From an uncultured bacterium (GTDB lineage: Bacteria > Patescibacteriota > Minisyncoccia > Phycocordibacterales > PALSA-1337): a DNA stretch of 64,000 bases. Made by a program: the position numbers and the translations under genes. The notes under the pieces were generated by a model. That model was given only the letters and a program-made list of their open reading frames with translations. It was not told the DNA's origin and ran no database searches. Below, one piece after another: positions 34,344 to 41,796 of this stretch; the first letter of the stretch is position 1; the number at the start of each line of letters is the position of its first letter. The stretch spans positions 170,405 to 234,404 of the forward strand of contig OY969557.1 of assembly GCA_963701025.1 (NCBI GenBank), given 5' to 3'.

Positions 34344-35045
34344 TTAATCGGGTGTATCAAACTCGATAGGAGGAATTCTAATAACTGTAGGTTTTATCAA
34401 GCCCCGGGATGCGAAGTAGCATTTTTCATTAAAGAGCCGCGCATCAACTACGCCTTTTTGAAGATATTTAGAGACATATGCGCCGATCGAACGGATATGT
34501 TTAATAGCATTAATTTTGATGAAGCCATGAGACCAGATTTTAGCTAATTCATCATTGTCTACGAATGGAAGATTGAAAAAGACTGCGTGGTAATGAACGG
34601 CTCCCCGTTTTTGGAATTCAACGACAGAAACGTATTTGAGCGAATGTCCGATATGGTAATTAAGCCGCATCATAAACTTACGCCACATTTCATTTGCTTC
34701 CTTTAGTCCTGTCACATTTTCTGCAAAGGTGAAAGTTACAAATTTATCGGTATAAGCGGGGTATTCTCCCGAATTGCAGGCTATTAGACGGCGTATATGC
34801 TTCCTAGCGCGTGAGATTGAGAATGGGCGACGAATACCTAGATTTCGCTTGCCTGTGCGTCGATGGCGGCGATTTCGAGACTTTAACTGTCCACCAAAAT
34901 GTACATCTTTTTCGAATTCATAGACTTCCTTGATGGGACCAGAGATGACAGCCTTGTATCTTGAGAAATCGACACCCCATTCTATCTTTTTCAGCTCATC
35001 AAAAGCACGACCTAGTTGATCCGCTGATGGAATCTGATTAGCCAT
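34344..35045 (-). CDS. HUH rolling-circle replication initiator
   Basis: Motif I FVTFTF, motif II EFQKRGAVHYH, motif III YVSKY; the frame stays open past the TAA to 34215. Confidence 0.9.
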   Translation of the reverse strand: MANQIPSADQLGRAFDELKKIEWGVDFSRYKAVISGPIKEVYEFEKDVHFGGQLKSRNRRHRRTGKRNLGIRRPFSISRARKHIRRLIACNSGEYPAYTDKFVTFTFAENVTGLKEANEMWRKFMMRLNYHIGHSLKYVSVVEFQKRGAVHYHAVFFNLPFVDNDELAKIWSHGFIKINAIKHIRSIGAYVSKYLQKGVVDARLFNEKCYFASRGLIKPTVIRIPPIEFDTPD

Positions 35046-35108
35046 ACATATTTAGTTTTAATAATTCTGATTAAGTGTGAGAGAGGTCGAGTCTAGAAAT
35101 AACCTAAT

Positions 35109-35811
35109 TCACACGTGATAAACTTTCTCAAAGCCACAGCCCGGAAAATCACAATGACGTTCCTCATGATGGAGTGCAGGATATCAACCGCGAGTAATCT
35201 TTTGGGTAGTGTCGAAAATCTCGCAATAGCGACGCTGAATGAAAAAGAATGATGGAATCGCAATGGAACCAGCAAACTTCTTTTTGTCTTCGTTATAAGA
35301 GCGCGGATTCTAGCTCACGCGATAAACAAATGCCCCATATCTTCTCAACAGGTGGTCTGGTGGCACTAGGACGCGGAGAGCCAGTAATTTTTTTAATCTC
35401 AAAAAGATGATTTGTAAGACGGCGAAACGACTTATCTACCTGTGCAAAATCTTGAGCAGAACCGTAGATTTCAATACCACACTTTGCTCCTTGAGTTAGC
35501 CACTTTCGAACATCTAGAGATAAGTCCTGCCACAGGTGACTGTCGAAATAGTTACCGACTTCATCAATTATTACATCGCATTGCTCATGCTTAACGAGAT
35601 CATCAAGATTGTCCCAATAATAGATAGGAACTTTCATTTCGTCTACTGACCATTTATAAAATTCATCAGAGAAACGCAGATTTGAGACAATAGGACGAAT
35701 CTTGTTGCTTTGCTGTAGCCATTTAGAATTACGATAAACAAGCTTTGTACAGGTCATAGCGAGGCGTAGAGACTTGCCAGAAGATTCAAGACCAGAATAG
35801 ATCACTTTCAT
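35109..35811 (-). CDS. Zot/pI-like morphogenesis ATPase (C-terminus disrupted by a frameshift near 35310 and an in-frame TGA)
   Basis: Walker A GLESSGKS, Walker B IIDE, AQDFAQVDKSFRRL; the shifted frame supplies the IFDT motif. Confidence 0.88.
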
Positions 35812-35838
35812 ATATTGTTATAAATTTAATTGATAATG

Positions 35839-36105
35839 CTAACTACCGGACTGATTACCACGAATAACAGACACGACCCATTTCAAAGCCTGCCAACCCC
35901 AAATTGCGAGATGAAAAGTCAAAACAGTCCCAACACAAATAAATAATGTGTCGATAGGAAGTAAGAAGTTCCACGCTTTCATATAACTAATGATCAGTGA
36001 AATTGACGAAGCTATTGCAGGTGATAAAGCGCCGGCGACAGGAAGAATATTCAAGACGACAATGAAAAAACCGAGAAACAAAATGAAATATATTGCGAAT
36101 GTCAT
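35839..36105 (-). CDS. pVI-like minor coat membrane protein
   Basis: 88 aa, hydrophobic, between pIII-like and Zot genes, ATGA-coupled to the pIII-like gene. Confidence 0.75.
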   Translation of the reverse strand: MTFAIYFILFLGFFIVVLNILPVAGALSPAIASSISLIISYMKAWNFLLPIDTLFICVGTVLTFHLAIWGWQALKWVVSVIRGNQSGS

Positions 36106-37508
36106 AGAAGTTTGCGATTCCTTGCCTCATGGAATAGATACCATGCAGTCAGGAAATAAGTTACAGCGACCATTAAGCCACGTAAAAGACCGACATACGT
36201 GGGAGTCAAGAAATAACCAATCGTAGTAGTTGAAAACATGTCAATACTTATAGTTGTCGTAGCAGTAGCACCTTTGACACCAAACTTGATAGGAAATCTA
36301 ACTGTAAATGCACCCGTAGGAATTGAAGCGGCAGACGTTGAACCAGACACAGCACTATAAATCACCGATGAAACTTGGAAGATATATGCGAAAGGAACTT
36401 TTGTAGCAAGAAGGTTAGGTACATTAACGAATGAGAGAAGATCTGTAGAATTAGGAATAGTAGATGTCCCGTAAGTCGTACCAGAAAAAGGATTGTTGTT
36501 AATACCCCCTTCGACAAGCGTTGAAGAAGTAGCCACAAGAGAGGTAGTAGTAGAAGTAAGCTGCACAGGAGCCACCCCGGTGCCGGTAAATGGATTGTAC
36601 CCGCAAGAGGACTGATAGAGTTGAGCATAGAATTGTTGGCTTGGAGTTAGCGAATAAGTTGTAGAGGTTGCACCGACAGATACGCTGGAATCAATGATGT
36701 CGAATGTAAAATTAAAAGCCCCAGAAGTCGTGGCATAGATAGGAGCACTGGTAATAGGGAAGACACCATGCAGAGAGAGCTCACGATGAGATTCGAGACC
36801 AGTGTTCTGCCATACATCGAGGTATTGAGAGGCGCAGGCCGTAGTCGAAGCCATCCATGTACCGACGACATTATAAGTACCAGCAGCCGGATTTAGAGTG
36901 GTGGTAGTGACAACCGGAGGATAGTAAGAACCATTCTGGTCATAGATAATAAAATAAATATCATTTATGCCTGTGCCACCAGTGCAAGCAGAAGTGACAA
37001 GAGAAGCAAAACCCGAACATGTGCCATTCGGAAACGATGAGGCATTTGCGGAACCATATACTTTCAAATCCTGACCATAAGTACCGCGGACAGGTGTAAG
37101 TGCCCAAACCTTTGTCGAAGAAGCGTAGAATGGAGTATTGAATGTAAAAGTGTAATCAGTCGGAGTCGACGTTAGGGTGTAGCTTCCAGGGCTGACGGGG
37201 GCAACATATGTAGCATAATCGGTAGGAGATCCATAACCGCATGACGGAGAGGCACCGGCTGAAGAACCAGAACCACATCTCTGAATGCCGAAACCTAATG
37301 TTTGACCGGCATACGTCGAAGCGGCTCGAATAGTTACGCTATACCAATAACTATCCGTACCCTGCACAAGCTCTGACCCTTGCTGAGAGGATTCCTGATC
37401 ATATCCAGAAGCATCCATCTGTGAATAGATCACAGATGCATGAGCTGACCCTGATCCCAAAAAGACCAAAGAGAACAGAAAGAGGGAAGTGTAGATTATT
37501 TTCTTCAT
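36102..37508 (-). CDS. pIII-like adsorption protein
   Basis: 468 aa, signal peptide (AHA), Ser/Thr/Gly-rich with Cys pairs, K.PF motif, C-terminal TM and basic tail. Confidence 0.8.
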   Translation of the reverse strand: MKKIIYTSLFLFSLVFLGSGSAHASVIYSQMDASGYDQESSQQGSELVQGTDSYWYSVTIRAASTYAGQTLGFGIQRCGSGSSAGASPSCGYGSPTDYATYVAPVSPGSYTLTSTPTDYTFTFNTPFYASSTKVWALTPVRGTYGQDLKVYGSANASSFPNGTCSGFASLVTSACTGGTGINDIYFIIYDQNGSYYPPVVTTTTLNPAAGTYNVVGTWMASTTACASQYLDVWQNTGLESHRELSLHGVFPITSAPIYATTSGAFNFTFDIIDSSVSVGATSTTYSLTPSQQFYAQLYQSSCGYNPFTGTGVAPVQLTSTTTSLVATSSTLVEGGINNNPFSGTTYGTSTIPNSTDLLSFVNVPNLLATKVPFAYIFQVSSVIYSAVSGSTSAASIPTGAFTVRFPIKFGVKGATATTTISIDMFSTTTIGYFLTPTYVGLLRGLMVAVTYFLTAWYLFHEARNRKLL

Positions 37509-37537
37509 CAGATGAGATTAAAACTAATAATTCTGAT

Positions 37538-37713
37538 TGTTCCTCGCATGCCACATGGGAATGATGTGATTTTTGAAATTTGTTCTGTAAAGGGGATTCG
37601 CCTGTTATTTATCGCAAGAAAAATTTAACGCAAATTTTTCTTGCTCGGGGAGCTCACCCCTTGACAGAACAAATTCTCAAAAATACTGATCCTCATATGG
37701 CATGCGAGGGACA
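37538..37713. other. Long imperfect hairpin of about 176 nt (candidate packaging signal or single-strand origin)
   Basis: Three stacked stems, with a perfect 13-bp apical stem GCAAGAAAAATTT-AACGC-AAATTTTTCTTGC. Confidence 0.75.
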
Positions 37714-37723
37714 CCCGCATACC

Positions 37724-37777
37724 AGATGTGGTCGGCGGCTCGGAGCTTCGCAATTCCGAGCCCGCCGACCCACGTCT
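37724..37777 (-). other. GC-rich hairpin directly after the coat gene stop
   Basis: Stem of about 22 bp; - strand apex is GCGAAGC; no U-tract. Confidence 0.7.
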
Positions 37778-38030
37778 AGAACTTCCTGCCAGTGATGTAG
37801 TGGCGGAATTTCTTGACACCCCAACCCAACCCGAGAAGGGCAGCGAGTAAGCCAAGAATAGATGCAACCACTGCACCGATAATCACTGCGACATCTCCAA
37901 TCAGTCCGTTGACCAACGTGGGAGCCGTACTAGTACCGAAAGTGTCTGCAAACGCGTATGAACACGTTGCGACGACGCCCGCGATAACTCCAGCGACACC
38001 AGCAAGCTTATACTTCAAGTTTGAAATCAT
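37776..38030 (-). CDS. Major coat protein precursor (pVIII-like)
   Basis: Signal peptide ending AFA; mature 56 aa with one TM helix and basic C-terminus KKFRHYITGRKF. Confidence 0.88.
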   Translation of the reverse strand: MISNLKYKLAGVAGVIAGVVATCSYAFADTFGTSTAPTLVNGLIGDVAVIIGAVVASILGLLAALLGLGWGVKKFRHYITGRKF

Positions 38031-38171
38031 ATGTTCTTGAAATTATTTTAATAATGTTAATCTGGTGCCGGTGTCGAAACACACGACCCATTAAATCGAC
38101 CTGGAGTGCGAACTCCGAACGCCCCCTCAAAAAGCTCTCCAACGATTTGAGAGGGCACTCGGAGCTAACAT

Positions 38172-38273
38172 CTAGGATCTCCACCAAAAGATAAGTAACG
38201 ACCAAACAAGCCCTACGGCTATGCCATAGCCACTGCAATACCCAAAGAACAGAACTACATCGAGATTAGACAT
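38172..38273 (-). CDS. 33-aa hydrophobic minor coat protein (pIX-like), not in ORF track
   Basis: MSNLDVVLFFGYCSGYGIAVGLVWSLLIFWWRS, directly upstream of the coat gene. Confidence 0.65.
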   Translation of the reverse strand: MSNLDVVLFFGYCSGYGIAVGLVWSLLIFWWRS

Positions 38274-38278
38274 ATTTG

Positions 38279-38386
38279 TTAATTGTTGCGCATAATGAAC
38301 CACCTAAATATGGTTAACGGAACCATGAAATACAATGGCAAGAACCAAATTTGCATGAACTCTTGAGGAATAGCTAGATAATCCAT
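38279..38386 (-). CDS. 35-aa hydrophobic minor coat protein (pVII-like), not in ORF track
   Basis: MDYLAIPQEFMQIWFLPLYFMVPLTIFRWFIMRNN. Confidence 0.65.
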   Translation of the reverse strand: MDYLAIPQEFMQIWFLPLYFMVPLTIFRWFIMRNN

Positions 38387-38395
38387 AGATATAAT

Positions 38396-38611
38396 TTAAG
38401 GTTTCCTGAACAACCAAATGATAAAGATCATTGAAACCATTGCGACTCCGAAACCAGAGGCTAAAATTAGGGGAGTGAAATCGACACTAACTGAACTTGT
38501 GCTCGTACCGACCGACGAGCAGGATGATTCAGAAAACTGGAAGAATTCCCCGGATGCCGGAATAGATCCTTGACCATTTATAGGAACCGAATATGTACAA
38601 GTATCCGTCAT
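38396..38611 (-). CDS. Small virion-type protein with C-terminal TM
   Basis: 71 aa, Cys pair, Ser/Thr-rich, TM followed by RK. Confidence 0.65.
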   Translation of the reverse strand: MTDTCTYSVPINGQGSIPASGEFFQFSESSCSSVGTSTSSVSVDFTPLILASGFGVAMVSMIFIIWLFRKP

Positions 38612-38641
38612 GTTATATAGGGAAGCAGTTAAAACCTTTGA

Positions 38642-38830
38642 TCATCTACTAAGATAGATTTCGTCGCAGTCGCATTTAGATTCGACCTTTACAACTGAGT
38701 TGAACTGCCGATACCAGAAGGCAAACTTCTCAAAGTCGCCATTATGATAGGCATGCAACATAAATGTGAGCGAATCACTGATTATGTCGTCATTTATCTC
38801 GAATGCTCCACTGGCAAATTTTATACACAT
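38642..38830 (-). CDS. Small phage hypothetical protein
   Basis: 62 aa, overlaps the upstream ORF. Confidence 0.5.
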   Translation of the reverse strand: MCIKFASGAFEINDDIISDSLTFMLHAYHNGDFEKFAFWYRQFNSVVKVESKCDCDEIYLSR

Positions 38831-38994
38831 TGATCGTCATCGTTATCTTTTAATAATTGCTGAACAATATCTTCAAACTCAAGTAGGTCTAAGGAACTTA
38901 TTGGATCATCCAGACACCCATCAAAATCTTGAGGCTCGACTGTATCAATCACATATTTGAGGATTTCTAAACACCGCGCATTTGACATATTCAT
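38821..38994 (-). CDS. 57-aa highly acidic phage protein, not in ORF track
   Basis: MNMSNARCLEILKYVIDTVEPQDFDGCLDDPISSLDLLEFEDIVQQLLKDNDDDQCV. Confidence 0.55.
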   Translation of the reverse strand: MNMSNARCLEILKYVIDTVEPQDFDGCLDDPISSLDLLEFEDIVQQLLKDNDDDQCV

Positions 38995-39017
38995 ATAGTT
39001 ATTGCCGTCTGATTTCG

Positions 39018-39242
39018 TCAGCTTTTCTTATTTATAATTCGCTGAATCAAGGCGTCACAGACACGGCAACAATTTCCGTACTTTCTGTACCGATCCTCAT
39101 TCATAGGAAGCTTCCATGAGCAGTCAGGCGACACATTGAACGCACAGTGATCCTTCATACCAGCGAGGTTGAATCCAGACTCATGCTGACCCCAGGGAAT
39201 ACCATCTCGTGAGCAGATGGAATTCGAATGTTTCTTTGTCAT
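39018..39242 (-). CDS. Small Cys-rich phage protein
   Basis: 74 aa from ATG 39242, with C..C and CCRVC motifs. Confidence 0.55.
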   Translation of the reverse strand: MTKKHSNSICSRDGIPWGQHESGFNLAGMKDHCAFNVSPDCSWKLPMNEDRYRKYGNCCRVCDALIQRIINKKS

Positions 39243-39399
39243 AGAGACAATTATTGGTTTGTAATAGCAACAACAAACCCGGCAGGATTGAATTGCCGGG
39301 AAAGTTGAAGCGATCTCCACACATCTGGCGTGACCAGTAGGGTAGAGCTATTTCATTAGATTATGGGTGATTATTGCATAGATAACATCTAGGTATTCA

Positions 39400-39422
39400 A
39401 TGTCGCACAATATATCTTTGCG
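39400..39422. other. attR, dif-like site ATGTCGCACAA-TATATC-TTTGCG
   Basis: 13-bp repeat of 25060-25072; CGCACAATATATCTT aligns with E. coli dif CGCATAATGTATATT. Confidence 0.75.
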
Positions 39423-39467
39423 GTAGGTAGTCCTATTTCTAATAGGCCCCTCAATCCCCCGGCTGTC

Positions 39468-39800
39468 TTAATTCGGTATAGGCGCTATTGGCGGCAAGAT
39501 GGGCGAAGAGCTGGCTATGTTGGTCGGCTCGCCATTCTTCATTGCAGTCAAGTTCTCTATGGCTGGATTCCAGATCAAGCTGATGAAGACATCGTTCCAG
39601 AGATAAGTGGCCGGCTGTTCCAAGTACGTATCCCAAAAGCTCACGGTCGTGGTAGCTACATAGCCGAAGTTGTCCTGTGTGACCGGGGCTTGGACCAGGT
39701 TACGTAAGCTGAAGCCGTAATAGCTCAAAATAAGAAGGATAACGACGAAGATGACGATCCACCCGATGAGTCCCCTATCCCGTGGAATGTGAGAGTTCAT
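39468..39800 (-). CDS. Small membrane hypothetical protein
   Basis: N-terminal TM; host-like GC resumes here. Confidence 0.75.
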   Translation of the reverse strand: MNSHIPRDRGLIGWIVIFVVILLILSYYGFSLRNLVQAPVTQDNFGYVATTTVSFWDTYLEQPATYLWNDVFISLIWNPAIENLTAMKNGEPTNIASSSPILPPIAPIPN

Positions 39801-39834
39801 GATGTTTGATGTTATGTCAAATATTATAGCATAC

Positions 39835-41181
39835 TCATTCCGCCAGCATAGAGATAGCGATATCCACGCGCTTCAAGGATTCTTTCTTGCCGAGGATGCA
39901 GGCGCTCATGAACGGATCTGGCGACTTCTCGAGTCCGGTCAAGGCCGCGCGCAATGGCCATAGGACATCTCCGCGGCCATTGGCTTCGGCATACGGCCAG
40001 ATGGCATCTTTGATCGCCTCGGCGCTGAAACCGGTGTTAGGTATAGCCGCTAACGATTCTTTGCACTTGGCAAGATGCGCTCGCGCCTTGGCCGGATCGG
40101 GATCTTTCTTCCATAAAAGAAGCGTGGCAGGGTAGTCCGATATGGCATAAACGAAGCCGAGCTCCCCTTCCCTGCCGAGCAGTCCCGCGATCTCTCCAAA
40201 AGCCGATATCTTTTCTCGCAGGAGCGGCAGGAGCCGCTTGAACACCGGGCTGGAAGTGGCGAGCCATTCCGGCAGAAAGACTTTGGCGCGATCGATGAAA
40301 TCGGCGTCGGAGAGCTTTGCGAGGTACTGTCGGTTGATCCAGTCAAGCTTTTTGACGTTAAAGACGGCCCCGCTCTTCTGGACCTTAGCCATGTCGAAGC
40401 TCTTGATCAATTCGTCCATACTGAATATCTCTTGGTCGGTGCCTGGATTCCAGCCGAGCAAAGCAAGAAAATTTATGACTGCTTCGGGAATATAGCCTTT
40501 TTCGCGATAGTAATTTACCGAAACGGTTTCACCATGCTTGCGTTTGGACAGTTTGGACTTGTCTGCGGCCAATATGATCGGCAGATGCGCGTATATCGGC
40601 CGAGGAGCCCCGATGGCTTCTTGTATGAGGATCTGCCTGGGCGTATTGGAGATATGGTCTTCGCCGCGCACGACGTAAGTGACGCCCATATCGAAATCGT
40701 CCACGACGACAGCGAGGTGATAAAGCGGCTCTTCCATGCTCTTGGCGATGACGAAGTCTTTGAGCTCCGTCGTGTCGAACGAGATATCGCCGCGGATAAG
40801 ATCGGTAAATGCTATCTTCTTGTTCGGATTCTTGAAGCGGATGACTTCAGTCCGGTCTCCAGGCTCTATCGGCGTCTCTTTGGAAACATATGCCTTGCCT
40901 TCGTCGACAAGCTTTTTCAAGTATCTTTTGTACACCTCTTCCCTGCCGGATTGTTTGACGGTCTCGTCGAATTTGAGATCAAGCCACTCGAGGCTTTCGG
41001 TGATGCTCGCTTCATATTCCTTAGTCGATCGGAGCTTGTCCGTGTCCTCTATGCGCAGGATGATCTTACCGCCGCGCTGTCTGGTGAAGAGATGATTGAA
41101 AAGGGCCGTCCTAGCCCCGCCCATGTGTAAATATCCCGTCGGAGACGGGGCGAAACGGGTGACGATGGGGGTCGAGCTCAT
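39835..41181 (-). CDS. gltX: Glutamate--tRNA ligase
   Basis: RFAPSPTG, HMGG, RIEDTD and KLSKR motifs. Confidence 0.97.
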   Translation of the reverse strand: MSSTPIVTRFAPSPTGYLHMGGARTALFNHLFTRQRGGKIILRIEDTDKLRSTKEYEASITESLEWLDLKFDETVKQSGREEVYKRYLKKLVDEGKAYVSKETPIEPGDRTEVIRFKNPNKKIAFTDLIRGDISFDTTELKDFVIAKSMEEPLYHLAVVVDDFDMGVTYVVRGEDHISNTPRQILIQEAIGAPRPIYAHLPIILAADKSKLSKRKHGETVSVNYYREKGYIPEAVINFLALLGWNPGTDQEIFSMDELIKSFDMAKVQKSGAVFNVKKLDWINRQYLAKLSDADFIDRAKVFLPEWLATSSPVFKRLLPLLREKISAFGEIAGLLGREGELGFVYAISDYPATLLLWKKDPDPAKARAHLAKCKESLAAIPNTGFSAEAIKDAIWPYAEANGRGDVLWPLRAALTGLEKSPDPFMSACILGKKESLKRVDIAISMLAE

Positions 41182-41188
41182 CTCTTAA

Positions 41189-41698
41189 CTACCCTTTGGT
41201 CTGCGAGCTGACCGAAGCCGAACCGTGGAAGACTTTCAATATGATATTGCCGTTAGCGTCGGTGAGAGGCTTGTCTGCGGAAGCGTTCCAGGTCTGGGTG
41301 CCGTCTGTATCGTCATAGAGGACGGCGTAGTATGTGCCGCCGTCGACCATGGGCTGTGACAGAGTGACCTTGGCCGGATTGATGCCGGAGCCGAGATAGG
41401 TCTCGCCGAGGATGGCTCCCGGCTGTCCGGCATTGTCAGCCTGTATGACGACCCAGCCTGGGTTGGCGAGCTGAACCGACGAGAGATAAGCCACATTGCC
41501 CGGATACTGGTCCGACATGACGATGCGGTTGATCGCGCCGGCTATTGGCGTCGCGGGATTATTCGTGGCGACGCTGTTATCGACGGTGGCCGGTGCGCCC
41601 TTGCCGCCAAAGACCCAGATGCCGATGATGATCAAAATAATGATGACGATGACGGTAGTGACCCACTGCCATGTCTTGATTCCGCTTTGAGGTTGCAT
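41189..41698 (-). CDS. Membrane-anchored beta-rich hypothetical protein
   Basis: TM helix followed by DQ.PG...PGWVVI...PG.ILG. Confidence 0.75.
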   Translation of the reverse strand: MQPQSGIKTWQWVTTVIVIIILIIIGIWVFGGKGAPATVDNSVATNNPATPIAGAINRIVMSDQYPGNVAYLSSVQLANPGWVVIQADNAGQPGAILGETYLGSGINPAKVTLSQPMVDGGTYYAVLYDDTDGTQTWNASADKPLTDANGNIILKVFHGSASVSSQTKG

Positions 41699-41796
41699 AT
41701 GATTTTTATAAAAATTATTAACGCTTGTAAATCGACGTTGTCAGGCGGTTATTATAGCATATATACATGTGCCATTTCCACAAGGGTGCGCGGCCA

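Larger units (their letters stand above)
25060..39412 (-). mobile_element. Integrated filamentous (inovirus-like) prophage with defence cargo, predicted 14,340-bp circle
   Basis: 13-bp terminal direct repeat, AT-rich composition, and co-oriented pVII/pIX-like, pVIII, pIII, pVI, Zot/pI, HUH Rep, tyrosine recombinase and SSB-like genes. Confidence 0.88.

Noticed and set aside
32990-35080. TTAAGTGTGA direct repeat flanking rep and integrase as a sub-module boundary
   Set aside because: A single 10-mer pair is expected by chance in 14 kb of AT-rich DNA.
35109-38644. Possible TGA recoding (code 25) in the phage: in-frame TGA in the Zot tail and an in-frame TGA between ORFs 38830 and 38611
   Set aside because: TGA acts as a stop in ATGA overlaps (pIII/pVI, both RM pairs), at the integrase end and in host genes. 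A mutation or read error is simpler.
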